This document shows, piece after piece, positions 31,174 to 40,558 of a stretch of 61,643 bases of DNA. A program made the translations under genes and the position numbers. The first letter of the stretch is position 1, and each line of letters begins with the position of its first letter. The notes under the pieces are model-generated. The model worked only from the letters and a program-made list of their open reading frames with translations, made no database searches and was not told the DNA's origin. This stretch comes from Patescibacteria group bacterium (GTDB taxonomy: Bacteria > Patescibacteriota > Microgenomatia > Daviesbacterales > UBA10151), in assembly GCA_943356485.1 (NCBI GenBank), contig CALRFD010000003.1:101815-163457 (forward strand). The letters are read 5' to 3'.

Positions 31174-32028
31174 TTAGTCTTCCTCATCCTCCGACGACAC
31201 GGTAATCCAGCCAGTCTTCTCAGATTTAGTTTTTAATTTCTTGTAGATTTGGTTTCTGGTAGCAAAATGAAAAAGAAGAGTTTTTCCGTAATACCTTTCA
31301 AAGTAAGGTTTTAAGGCTCTTCTTAGGTAGATAATGACCATATTATTAGGACAGATTACATATATTTGAAGATTTTGAATATCATCATTCTCCCAATATT
31401 CCTCTTCTAATGAGGTAAAGATATTTTTAAGGAAGTACCTTAGCATTAATCTGGGAATATAAGCATCTAAGACATAGACTATAGAGTAGACTGTTTTTCC
31501 TTTTATCACCTGATGCATGTATCCATCTGGCTTAAGTCTGGGAAGCAGTATCCAACCTATATCTTCATAAAACAGAGAGGTAAAGAACTGAAGCTTATCA
31601 TTTTCAAACTCTGTTCCATTAAGTAAATAATCTTTTATGTCTTCCAGGTTTTTCTTAATATCTTCAGAGAAAAATGCAAGGTAGAAATCTGCTAATATCT
31701 GGCACTTAATTTTGAAACCTTTAGATCTTGTATTGTCTTCTCTTAATTTAGTTAAATATTTTCTTGAAACATCCTCATAAGTTTCTCTGATATATTTTCT
31801 TCCAGTATGTGACAAATTAAATACTGCTGGTTTAGTTAAGTTTCCATATATTGGTTTAAAGTCTCGTTCTACATATTCTTTATCTGTTAAGTCTTTAAGC
31901 CATGAGTTTATTCTTCTATGATCTTTATGATTTAAGAATTGTTGTATTTGTTTACTGTTTAAGAATCTGAATATTAGGAGTAGGGTTAGTATAGTATGTT
32001 GTTTGTTAGTTATTAGTTTCTTTGACAT
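31174..32028 (-). CDS. replication-relaxation-like protein
   Basis: The N-terminus KQHTILTLLLIFRFLNSKQIQQFL resembles the wHTH start of the Replication-relaxation family. Confidence 0.4.
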   Translation of the reverse strand: MSKKLITNKQHTILTLLLIFRFLNSKQIQQFLNHKDHRRINSWLKDLTDKEYVERDFKPIYGNLTKPAVFNLSHTGRKYIRETYEDVSRKYLTKLREDNTRSKGFKIKCQILADFYLAFFSEDIKKNLEDIKDYLLNGTEFENDKLQFFTSLFYEDIGWILLPRLKPDGYMHQVIKGKTVYSIVYVLDAYIPRLMLRYFLKNIFTSLEEEYWENDDIQNLQIYVICPNNMVIIYLRRALKPYFERYYGKTLLFHFATRNQIYKKLKTKSEKTGWITVSSEDEED

Positions 32029-32259
32029 ATTTGTATTAAGTTTTATTGATTAGTTATTTTTCTATTTAGAGGCAGTTAGTTATTTAGAGGGCAGGATAAT
32101 CGGACAGAAGATTTAATACAGAATTATTAATTATTTATATGAAAGGATAATAGCCAAGCTTTTTATCCAATTCTAAGGCTGAAGTATATCATAAATTGTC
32201 CCAGAAGGGTGGGACAAAAAAGGCCTTACGTAGGGACTATTTTTACCCTCATTTACCTC

Positions 32260-32304
32260 TTGACATTATCCTAGTAGGGATAGTAAACTATCCTTGTAAG
32301 GATA
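32260..32304 (+). promoter_or_regulatory. promoter with two palindromic operator-like sites
   Basis: TTGACA (32260..32265), 18 nt, TAAACT (32284..32289). Overlapped by TATCCTAGTAGGGATA (32267..32282) and TATCCTTGTAAGGATA (32289..32304). Confidence 0.45.
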
Positions 32305-32312
32305 ATTAAGAT

Positions 32313-32480
32313 ATGGGAAGAGTAAAAGGAAGCCACAATAAAAATTCCACAATTAGACCCTCAACTTCTACTCTGACATCTGCTGAAAGAATCCAACTTC
32401 TCGCCAATTTAATTATAGACAGAATCTTAGAAGACCAAAGAAACGGAAAACCGTTACTTAAAAAGTTAAAGATGAATTGA
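32313..32480 (+). CDS. small basic protein (55 aa) translationally coupled to recombinase 1
   Basis: Manual translation MGRVKGSHNKNSTIRPSTSTLTSAERIQLLANLIIDRILEDQRNGKPLLKKLKMN*. Its stop is 1 nt before the ATG at 32482. Confidence 0.4.
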   Translation: MGRVKGSHNKNSTIRPSTSTLTSAERIQLLANLIIDRILEDQRNGKPLLKKLKMN

Positions 32481-32481
32481 T

Positions 32482-34275
32482 ATGGACAATCAACTTAAAG
32501 TTGAAAATGCAGTTGCAGCAATAAGAGTTTCCTCAACACAACAAGGAACTGATGGTGATTCCCCTGAAGCCCAAAAAGAACAGATCGAACAGTTTGCCAA
32601 AAGACATAATATTAATGTTAAAAAGTTCTTTGTCTTTATGGAATCTGCCTCCAAAGAACAACAACCTATGCAGGAGGCAATTGACTACTGCAAGAATCCT
32701 AAAAACGGCATCCAACTATTTGTTATCAAATCCATAGACCGATTTACCAGAGGTGGTTCATATTCATATGACCATTTAAAAATGCAGTTGGAAAAGTGTG
32801 GTGTACAACTTGTTGATATTTACGGCATTATCAGTTCTCAAAAAGTTAATACTTTAGAACACTTGGGGGTTTCATTTAATTGGAGTGTTTACTCACCCAC
32901 TAAAAAAGCTGAGATTTTAGAAGCAGAGAGAGCCAAAGATGAGATGCGGGATATTATGTCCAGAATGATTGGAGCAGAAATACGATATGCCAGAATGGGA
33001 TATTGGGTACGGGAAGCTCCAATGGGATATCAATTAGAAAAGATAGAAACTCCTAATGGCAAACGTTGTATCTTAAAACCTCATCCGATTGAAGCACAGT
33101 GGTTTATTAAAATGTTTGAACTGCGTTGTAGAGGAACACTAAATGATCACCAAATAGTTGATGAGATTAATAAACTTGGATTTAAAGCACGGATAAAATA
33201 TGTCAGAGACCCACAAGACAGAACCAAAATAATTAAAGAGCATGGTGGAGGTAAACTGAATGTTAAAGCTTTATGGCGATATATTCAAAATCCAACATAT
33301 GCAGGAGTAAGTGGAGAAAAATGGACAGAAAATCATAGGATAAAAGCTAAGTTCGAAGGATTAGTCTCCATAGAGACTTTTAATAAAGCCAATAAAGGAA
33401 AAGTGGTAATTTCAGAAGAAGATGGACAGGTAAAAATCTACCAAAGACCAGCACCGGAGTATTTAGTTAAAAAAGGCGTTAGAAATCCAGATTTTCCCTA
33501 TAAACGAGTTGTCATGTGTCCTCATTGTGAGAAGCCACTCTTTGGTAGTGCTTCAAGAGGAAGACTTGGTAAATACTATCCTGCGTATCATTGTAACAAG
33601 CGCGGACACTATTTTAGAGTATCTAAAGAGGCTTTAGAAGGAGTTGTGGAAAGGTTTGTACAGAATATTGATCTAGCACCGGAATTTGCTCCTGAATTAA
33701 CTTCAGCAGTCATAAATGAGTGGGACAAGAGACAACTAGAAATGACTAAGGACACAGTGAATATTGACAACAAACTCGAAGAGCTAAAAACCCAAGTAAA
33801 ACTAACGGTCGATAAAATTAAGATATTAACTTCTGAAGTTGCCATTAAATATCTTGAGCAAGACTTAATTAAACTGGAACAAGAGATTGGAGATTTAGTA
33901 TTAGAGAAAGAAAAAGCAGACCAGGAAAAACCAACAGATGCACGGATTGTGATGGCCTACATCAAATACTTTCTGGAACACATGGATGAATTACTACTTT
34001 CGAACCCAGATCCAGAAAATAAAGCGGGGCATTTTGGTGTTTTATTTGATAAAGCCCCTACCTATGAAGAAATAAATTCTGGAACACCACAAATAGCTTC
34101 TTGTATCAGCCTAAATGAGATATTTAGGCAGGGTCAAGGTATGTTGGCTGGCGGTCTATCGAAAAATTCGAACGCAATTCCAATCGCATTGAGTCGAAAG
34201 ATGCCCCGCCTGCGGCGGGGCTTTTATCTGTATCCGCTCGGCCTTCGGCCTCGCTCTGGTATTTTTTGCATATAA
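32482..34275 (+). CDS. large serine recombinase (recombinase 1)
   Basis: AAIRVSSTQQ catalytic-Ser region, IKSIDRFTRGG, zinc ribbon CPHCEKP...YHCNKRGH, coiled-coil tail. The last ~43 codons lie in the 97-bp inverted repeat and terminator, so the true stop is uncertain. Confidence 0.85.
   Translation: MDNQLKVENAVAAIRVSSTQQGTDGDSPEAQKEQIEQFAKRHNINVKKFFVFMESASKEQQPMQEAIDYCKNPKNGIQLFVIKSIDRFTRGGSYSYDHLKMQLEKCGVQLVDIYGIISSQKVNTLEHLGVSFNWSVYSPTKKAEILEAERAKDEMRDIMSRMIGAEIRYARMGYWVREAPMGYQLEKIETPNGKRCILKPHPIEAQWFIKMFELRCRGTLNDHQIVDEINKLGFKARIKYVRDPQDRTKIIKEHGGGKLNVKALWRYIQNPTYAGVSGEKWTENHRIKAKFEGLVSIETFNKANKGKVVISEEDGQVKIYQRPAPEYLVKKGVRNPDFPYKRVVMCPHCEKPLFGSASRGRLGKYYPAYHCNKRGHYFRVSKEALEGVVERFVQNIDLAPEFAPELTSAVINEWDKRQLEMTKDTVNIDNKLEELKTQVKLTVDKIKILTSEVAIKYLEQDLIKLEQEIGDLVLEKEKADQEKPTDARIVMAYIKYFLEHMDELLLSNPDPENKAGHFGVLFDKAPTYEEINSGTPQIASCISLNEIFRQGQGMLAGGLSKNSNAIPIALSRKMPRLRRGFYLYPLGLRPRSGIFCI
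34147..34243. repeat. 97-bp perfect inverted repeat, arm A (partner 46584..46680)
   Basis: Direct comparison: 34147..34243 equals the reverse complement of 46584..46680. Similarity continues imperfectly for about 17 nt. Confidence 0.9.
34203..34227 (+). terminator. intrinsic terminator inside repeat arm A
   Basis: GCCCCGCC-TGC-GGCGGGGC followed by TTTTAT. Confidence 0.6.
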
Positions 34276-34314
34276 CATAAAGACAAATGCGCGCGATTTT
34301 TATATCTATCTATA

Positions 34315-34332
34315 GTCCCGCTACCGCGGGAC
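34315..34332. repeat. GTCCCG..CGGGAC hairpin, copy 1
   Basis: tAGTCCCGCTACCGCGGGACGt; compare 46530..46548 and 49258..49276. Confidence 0.5.
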
Positions 34333-34368
34333 GTTAAGACATTAAAATAATTTAAACAATTTTTTAAT

Positions 34369-34520
34369 TCACCGTTTCGGGCTTTTGTAAAGCCCTAATC
34401 ACCGTAAAACGGTGAACGGTAACGGTAGCCTTACCGTAATTTAGGCTCTAAATTAAGCTAATCACGGTTGAACCGGTGCGTAGTACCGTTGCCTTTATCC
34501 GTTAACCGTACCGTAACGGT
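34369..34520. repeat. iteron-like cluster of ACCGT/ACGGT pentamers
   Basis: 6 ACCGT + 5 ACGGT copies in 150 bp, several as dyads (TCACCGT-AAA-ACGGTGA at 34399..34415; TACCGT-A-ACGGTG at 34509..34521). Confidence 0.7.
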
Positions 34521-35155
34521 GAAAAGCAAAAAACACATAGAGAAAAACAAAATAATCCCTAGGCTTTACTAAATCCCTACATCCCACCCACCCAAATAAT
34601 TGTTGGCGGCACCCCCGCTTTGTCGCTTGCTCGTTTTTACTGCGAAGCAGGAGCTTCGCTCATTTTAAGAAACATCTTATAGAGGTAACTCGCTGCGCTG
34701 GGCGAGAGGGCTCCCTAGGGGGAGCCTCACCCATATCTTCGGCTTCGATTTAGTCTTTACAGTCTCTACCTCGCTACGGGATTAGAGTTTAGTTTTTATA
34801 ATCATGGCATACACCCTCGCTCCCTTTTTTCTGTATATTAACCTCCTGCCGTTGCGGGGGTAATTCCTTTTTGCCCCCGCCTTTTTTATCTATACCCCTG
34901 TCTGTTTCCGGCCGTTCGCTTGCTCTCAAGAGCTGCGCTTCACGAAGCGGTTCCGATGGCTCGGGCCGATGGTACAAATCATCAAGTAAATCTATCGGCC
35001 CTCGCGGAGGTCGGGCAGCACCCAATTTAGTTTTATCTAAGTTCCGAAAAATCTCCTTCTAATGGTGCTGCCCTCCTTTTTTGGGACTATATACCTTGGC
35101 TGGCGGGGGCAGGAAGCCGCCAAAATAATAATGTCGCTTTTGTTATAATGCAAAA

Positions 35156-35953
35156 ATGCCTACAGTTAACGATAAACATTATTATCAGAGTTTCGCAAAA
35201 GAATTAGATAGTAAGTTAGGTAGGATAAACTCATTAATAAATAACCACCCTGGAGAAAAAGGAAATTACCATGAGTATATCCTTAAAAATTTAATATCTA
35301 ATTACCTTCCTTCAAGATATTCTGTTAAAACAGGATTTATTTATGTAGATGATACTCATGTTAGCCCTCAAATAGATCTTATGATTATTGATGAATCTCA
35401 ATCTCCATGTTTTTTGGCTCAATATAATGATTTTGTTGTTACTTACCCTGAGGCAGTTTGTTGCGTTATAGAGGTTAAAACAACTCTTGAAATTGAGGAA
35501 TTCAAAGAATCCACAAATCTAATACAGTTAGTCAAAAATTTAAGTCAATATAATAATCCTAAGGGTGAGGTAATAGGTGGGTTAATTTTTGGCTTTGGGG
35601 GAACTAGATTTAGACCAAAAACTTTAGATAATTGGTATAAAAATAAAATTGAATGTGATTTTACGGAATATCCAGAAGCCATTTTATCTCTCAAAACAGG
35701 ATTAATATTAAAGCATCATCTAAATACTGCTTATGAAGGACACTATTTTATTACAGGGGAAAGTGATTCTTTAAAATGGAAATCATTATCAATATTTATG
35801 GCTATAATTATAAAATTTTGTGAATTAAGATCAGGTGTAGAAAGACCAGAGGGAAAGAATGCATTTGAAAGATTTTCTCTGATACGAGATTTAATGCTAT
35901 CTGCTGAGTTTTTAAGGTACAAAATCGGATTACAAACAAGAAGTAAAAAATAA
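35156..35953 (+). CDS. PD-(D/E)xK-type nuclease-like protein (DUF6602-like N-terminus)
   Basis: GEKGNYHEYILKNLISNYLPSRYSVKTGFIY...SPQIDLMIIDES...VIEVKTTL (D..ExK). Confidence 0.5.
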   Translation: MPTVNDKHYYQSFAKELDSKLGRINSLINNHPGEKGNYHEYILKNLISNYLPSRYSVKTGFIYVDDTHVSPQIDLMIIDESQSPCFLAQYNDFVVTYPEAVCCVIEVKTTLEIEEFKESTNLIQLVKNLSQYNNPKGEVIGGLIFGFGGTRFRPKTLDNWYKNKIECDFTEYPEAILSLKTGLILKHHLNTAYEGHYFITGESDSLKWKSLSIFMAIIIKFCELRSGVERPEGKNAFERFSLIRDLMLSAEFLRYKIGLQTRSKK

Positions 35954-35954
35954 T

Positions 35955-36545
35955 ATGGCCTTTTCCGAAGATCAAAAGTTACAAGTCAAAAAGAAAGCAA
36001 TGTTCCGATGTTGCCGCTGTCAGAATATTGGGATAGATATTCACCATATATTACCTCAAAAAGATAGCGGACCGGATACTTTAGATAATGCTGCTCCATT
36101 ATGTCAAAATTGTCATGATCAATTTGGGGATAATCCAATAAAAAGGAAAGAAATTAAACAAATGAGAGATCACTGGTATGAAGTAGTTGAGCAAATGTAT
36201 ACTCCGAAAACAAGTCTCGAGTTCCCTCTGAAGGAAATAAATGATAAATTGGAAAGCTTGCAAAAAAATCAACAAACAGATTTGTCTGATCTGAAGAAAA
36301 TGCTAAAAGAAATTTCATTTAAGACTATTGATAATATTACTCCGGGTACCGCAGTAGTTACTGCATCAGGTATTATGAACGTTTCAACTGCCTCAATATA
36401 TACAAAACCTTTAAATGGAGGTATTGCAATTAATCCGATGAATCAATGCCAAAAATGCGGTAAATGGTATACAAGAAATATGTCTCCTTTTGGTTATGTA
36501 ACTGTAGACAATTTGTGTGACCAATGTAAATTAGAGACGTGGTAA
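35955..36545 (+). CDS. HNH endonuclease-domain protein
   Basis: CCRCQNIGIDIHHILPQKDSGPDTLDNAAPLCQNCHDQF; start 1 nt after the upstream stop; C-terminal CxxC..CxxC. Confidence 0.7.
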   Translation: MAFSEDQKLQVKKKAMFRCCRCQNIGIDIHHILPQKDSGPDTLDNAAPLCQNCHDQFGDNPIKRKEIKQMRDHWYEVVEQMYTPKTSLEFPLKEINDKLESLQKNQQTDLSDLKKMLKEISFKTIDNITPGTAVVTASGIMNVSTASIYTKPLNGGIAINPMNQCQKCGKWYTRNMSPFGYVTVDNLCDQCKLETW

Positions 36546-36599
36546 TTTTAAAGGTGTAAAATATTTGCACTGATAGATTATTAGATTTATACTAATCTT

Positions 36600-37367
36600 A
36601 TGTCTGATGATTCGCCCAATCAGAATGAGAGTCCGGTTTCTACCCCTCCTGCGTTTGGGACTAATTTCAATGGTTCAGCAGATCCATTAAGTGAAATCCA
36701 TAGGCAAGTAGCAGAACACGAGCAAAGAGACTCTCATGGCAGGTTTGTATCTAGCCATCATGATACAAATCCTGTAAATCTACCTGTTCCACCACAACCT
36801 ACACCTATTCAACCAAATCCCCCAAGTATCCCTAATTACCCCAATCTTCCTAATACTCCTAATCCTTCTGCTCCTACTATTCCACCTGAACCACAAGTAA
36901 TCCATAATAATAACTCAACTACTTCTTCAGATGATGATCCTCTCTTTGAAGCCAAAATCAATAATCCTTTTACTAAATTTTTTAACTGGCTCAAGAAGTT
37001 AATTAAAAATGAAGGAATAAATATTAAGATTAAACCGTTAACTGCAATTGCAATGGTTGTAGCATTAACCGGAGGTGGAGGATTAATTGGTGGAGTTGTT
37101 GGTTATGCTTTCCCTCATTCCTCACCGATACTACACAGAGAAGTAGCTTATCAAGGCTCTATTCAAAAAACTTCCAGTGGGATCTTCTTAATCCTGCCAA
37201 ACTTAGACAAATATACTTTAAAACCTAAAATAAATTCTCCTGTGGATTTTCAGAACTTAAATTCTGGACAAGCGTTTGTCAAAGGTAATTTAACCCCAGA
37301 GAATTTTGTAATTGAGGTAAGTGAAGTTATTCCATTAAATAATGGAAATGTTCAACCTAACCTTTAA
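36600..37367 (+). CDS. proline-rich membrane-anchored hypothetical protein
   Basis: PVPPQPTPIQPNPPSIPNYPNLPNTPNPSAP low-complexity region, then one TM. Confidence 0.4.
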   Translation: MSDDSPNQNESPVSTPPAFGTNFNGSADPLSEIHRQVAEHEQRDSHGRFVSSHHDTNPVNLPVPPQPTPIQPNPPSIPNYPNLPNTPNPSAPTIPPEPQVIHNNNSTTSSDDDPLFEAKINNPFTKFFNWLKKLIKNEGINIKIKPLTAIAMVVALTGGGGLIGGVVGYAFPHSSPILHREVAYQGSIQKTSSGIFLILPNLDKYTLKPKINSPVDFQNLNSGQAFVKGNLTPENFVIEVSEVIPLNNGNVQPNL

Positions 37368-37917
37368 TCAAATTAGATTAAACAGGAATCAAGGTTTTAC
37401 CCTTGTTGAGCTGCTTGTGGTCATTTCTATTATTGGAGTTTTAGCCGCAGTAATTACCTTCGTGATTAATCCCTTAGAATTGCTCAGAAGAAGCAGGGAT
37501 TCAAACAGGCTTAGGGATTTAGATAGTTTATCCCAAGCGATCAATGTGGCTTTGCAAGAAGGATCTTTATCTTCCAGTTATATAGCTACTATATTATGTA
37601 AAGAATCAGGAGAATACCCATGTGTGGGAAAATCTGATGCTGAAACTAGAATGACTGATGGTACTGGCTGGGTTAAAGTAAATTTTGCTTCCCAGAAAGC
37701 ATTAAGTATTCCTACTCTTCCAATAGATCCCACCAATAATAATGAATACCATTACACATATTGTGCAGATAATGACTCGTTTGAATTAGATACTACTTTA
37801 GAATCAGATAAATTTAGAGCTCAATCTGCTATGGACGGAGGAGATACAGCAGATTATTATGAAACAGGATCAAATCTAAACCTGATAGCTAATTCAGGTG
37901 GAAGTTGTGAATATTAA
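37348..37917 (+). CDS. type IV pilin-like / pseudopilin protein
   Basis: Prepilin N-terminal motif GFTLVELLVVISIIGVLAAV. Confidence 0.7.
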   Translation: MFNLTFNQIRLNRNQGFTLVELLVVISIIGVLAAVITFVINPLELLRRSRDSNRLRDLDSLSQAINVALQEGSLSSSYIATILCKESGEYPCVGKSDAETRMTDGTGWVKVNFASQKALSIPTLPIDPTNNNEYHYTYCADNDSFELDTTLESDKFRAQSAMDGGDTADYYETGSNLNLIANSGGSCEY

Positions 37918-38195
37918 GATAGTTTTCTTCTTTTATTTAGTTCTTTAACAATATCTCTTGGTGTTATTTTGAAAAAACTCATCATAACTAGCAAGTGAAA
38001 AAATAAATCTGCAATCTCTGAAATAAGCCTTTCTTTACTTTCATTTTTTGCAGCAATAATTACCTCTGTTGATTCCTCACCAACTTTTTGAATTATTCTA
38101 TCTCCTCCTCTTTTAAACAAAGAGGCAACATAAGAATTTTCTGGCATTTTCTTTTTACGATCTTCGATTATTTTATAAAGTTCTTCTAAATTCAT
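37914..38195 (-). CDS. hisE: phosphoribosyl-ATP pyrophosphatase
   Basis: SYVASLF..G...I.QKVGEESTEVIIAA...SEIADLFFHLLVM. Confidence 0.8.
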   Translation of the reverse strand: MNLEELYKIIEDRKKKMPENSYVASLFKRGGDRIIQKVGEESTEVIIAAKNESKERLISEIADLFFHLLVMMSFFKITPRDIVKELNKRRKLS

Positions 38196-38506
38196 ATTAC
38201 CTCCTGATAAAAACAAGCTTTATTTCCAGTGTGACAAACATTTTTTCCAACAAGTTCTACCTTTATTAAAATTGCATCTTTGTCGCAATCAACAAAAATA
38301 TTTTTTACTTTTAATTTATTTCCTGATGTTTCACCTTTCATCCAAAGTTTTCTTCTACTTCTGCTCCAAAAATATACCAATCCTGTTTTTAAGGTTTCTT
38401 GCAAAGCTTCCTTATTTATATAGCCAAGCATTAGAACCTCATTACTCTTATAATCTTGTATAACAGCAGGGATAAGTCCATTACTTTTTTCAAAGTTGAT
38501 TTTCAT
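38192..38506 (-). CDS. hisI: phosphoribosyl-AMP cyclohydrolase
   Basis: LIPAVIQD...SRSRRKLWMKGETSGN...DCDKDAILIKV..G..CHTG. Confidence 0.9.
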   Translation of the reverse strand: MKINFEKSNGLIPAVIQDYKSNEVLMLGYINKEALQETLKTGLVYFWSRSRRKLWMKGETSGNKLKVKNIFVDCDKDAILIKVELVGKNVCHTGNKACFYQEVI

Positions 38507-38509
38507 AAT

Positions 38510-39265
38510 TTAACTCCTCATTGGAATATTTTTTCTTCTTAAATAATTTTTTAAATCTCCAATAGTTAAATCACCAAAGTGGAACAAAGAAGCAGCTAGT
38601 GCTGCATCAGCAGATCCTTTATTAAAAACATCAAGAAAATCCTCAAGTTTTCCAGCTCCACCGGATGCAATTACTGGCACACTCACAACTTTAGAAATAT
38701 TTTTAGTTAGTTCCAGATCATACCCATTCTTGGTACCATCTCTGTCCATACTAGTTAATAAAATTTCACCAGCACCTTTTCTTACCCCTTCTTTAGCCCA
38801 CTCAATTGCATCTAATCCAGTTGCAGTTCTTCCTCCATTAATAAATACTTCCCAACCTTTCTCATTTTTCTTTGCATCAATTGCTAAAACAATACACTGG
38901 TTACCAAATATCTTTGCTGCTCCTTTAATAAGTTCAGGATTTTTAACAGCACTTGTATTTAAAGACACCTTATCTGCACCTGCCAGCAGAATATTTTGTA
39001 TATCTTCAATAGATCTAATTCCACCGCCGACAGTAAATGGAATAAATACCTGTTTTGCTACTTCTTTGACCACATCAACCATAGTCTCTCTATTATCAGA
39101 TGAAGCAGTAATATCTAGGAATACTAACTCATCAGCTCCTTGACTGTTATAAAACTTAGCCAACTCTACTGGATCTCCAGCATCTTTTATATTTATAAAA
39201 TTAACACCTTTCACGACCTTTCCTTTATCAACATCAAGACAAGGTATTATTCTTTTAGTTAACAT
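38510..39265 (-). CDS. hisF: imidazole glycerol phosphate synthase cyclase subunit
   Basis: [40 protein letters not shown]. Confidence 0.95.
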   Translation of the reverse strand: MLTKRIIPCLDVDKGKVVKGVNFINIKDAGDPVELAKFYNSQGADELVFLDITASSDNRETMVDVVKEVAKQVFIPFTVGGGIRSIEDIQNILLAGADKVSLNTSAVKNPELIKGAAKIFGNQCIVLAIDAKKNEKGWEVFINGGRTATGLDAIEWAKEGVRKGAGEILLTSMDRDGTKNGYDLELTKNISKVVSVPVIASGGAGKLEDFLDVFNKGSADAALAASLFHFGDLTIGDLKNYLRRKNIPMRS

Positions 39266-39965
39266 TTGTTACCTCCTCTAAATTTATTCTTCCTTCATAT
39301 AAAGCTTTACCTACTATAACTCCCTCAACACCAATATCTTTTAGCTTTTGAATATCGGAAACATTAGATATTCCACCAGCAATAATTACAGGAATATTTA
39401 TATTTTCTAATAAGCTTTCAACTGATTCGTAATTTGGAGAAGTGAGAGTTCCATCTTTTGTTACGTCTGTATAAATAAATCTTTTGACTCCCAGCTTTTC
39501 CAAGCGTTTAGCGGTTTCGATAAGATTTTTATCTGTACTATCTAACCAGCCATTTTTCATCAATACTCCATTTTTAGCATCCAGACTTACTATTATTTGT
39601 GTAGGATATTGACTGATTAATTCTTTAAATAATTCTTCATCCTCAAATATAATTGTTCCAAGAACAACCTTAGATACCCCTAATCCTAGAAGTTTATCAA
39701 TAGATTCTTTATTTCTAATACCTCCACCTATTTGTATAGGGATAGTGACCGTTTGCAAGATATCTTTTATAACTTCGATATTATCTAATGCTCCATTTTT
39801 AGCACCATCTAAATCTACTATGTGGACAATCTTAGCACCCTTTGACTGCCAAACTTTAGCAACTTTGACAGGATTATCGTTATATATTTTTTCCTTATTA
39901 AAATCACCTTGAATTAGACGGACACATTTACCGTTTTTAATATCAATAGCTGGGATAATTAACAT
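39255..39965 (-). CDS. hisA: ProFAR isomerase
   Basis: [42 protein letters not shown]. Confidence 0.9.
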   Translation of the reverse strand: MLIIPAIDIKNGKCVRLIQGDFNKEKIYNDNPVKVAKVWQSKGAKIVHIVDLDGAKNGALDNIEVIKDILQTVTIPIQIGGGIRNKESIDKLLGLGVSKVVLGTIIFEDEELFKELISQYPTQIIVSLDAKNGVLMKNGWLDSTDKNLIETAKRLEKLGVKRFIYTDVTKDGTLTSPNYESVESLLENINIPVIIAGGISNVSDIQKLKDIGVEGVIVGKALYEGRINLEEVTNVN

Positions 39966-40558
39966 ATTGCCTCCCAAAAGTTTTTTAATAACTCAAATCC
40001 AATCTTTCCACTTTTTTCTGGGTGGAATTGGACACCAAAAATATTATCTTTTTCTAAAACACTACAAAACTTTTCTCCGTATTCTGTTATTCCTTTAGTT
40101 GTCTCTTTATCCTTAGGATCACAATAGTAAGAATTAACAAAATAGAAATAGCTATTATTAATTCCTTTAAGTAGCTTTGAGTTATTACTTATCTTTACCT
40201 GATTCCATCCTATTTCTGGAACCTTCAGTTCAGTATTAAACTTTTTAACCTTCCCCTTTATTATATTTAGACAATCTACATCTCCTTCCTCACTAAAAGA
40301 AAATAGAAGTTGCATTCCTAAGCAAATACCAAGGATTGGTTTATTAGCTTTAACCTGATTAACAATTAATTTATCTAAACTTAGCTTTTTAAGATTAATC
40401 ATTCCCTGACCAGCAGCACCAACTCCTGGTAAAATCAATGCCTTAGCTCTTTTGATTTCTTCAGGATCATTCGAAATTGTCACAGGAATACCTAGCTTAG
40501 TTAAAGCATTTTTAACACTAGTTAGATTTCCTAATCCATAATCAATTACCACTATCAT
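39959..40558 (-). CDS. hisH: imidazole glycerol phosphate synthase glutaminase subunit
   Basis: VIDYGLGNL.SV, LPGVGA, GICLGMQLL, GVQFHPEKS. Confidence 0.95.
   Translation of the reverse strand: MIVVIDYGLGNLTSVKNALTKLGIPVTISNDPEEIKRAKALILPGVGAAGQGMINLKKLSLDKLIVNQVKANKPILGICLGMQLLFSFSEEGDVDCLNIIKGKVKKFNTELKVPEIGWNQVKISNNSKLLKGINNSYFYFVNSYYCDPKDKETTKGITEYGEKFCSVLEKDNIFGVQFHPEKSGKIGFELLKNFWEAIC

Larger units (their letters stand above)
34276..35155. other. GC-rich, hairpin-dense non-coding tract (candidate structured RNA and/or replication/partition locus)
   Basis: No convincing ORF. Many perfect 6-10-bp stems. Two hairpin + T-run terminators on the + strand (34854..34890 and 35011..35086). Confidence 0.5.

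Noticed and set aside
34789-35062. Two overlapping opposite-strand ORFs (78 aa and 63 aa) inside the GC-rich tract.
   Set aside because: They overlap each other, are Arg/Pro/Gly-rich as expected from translating GC-rich hairpins, and have no RBS or motif. I treat them as artefacts of a structured non-coding region.
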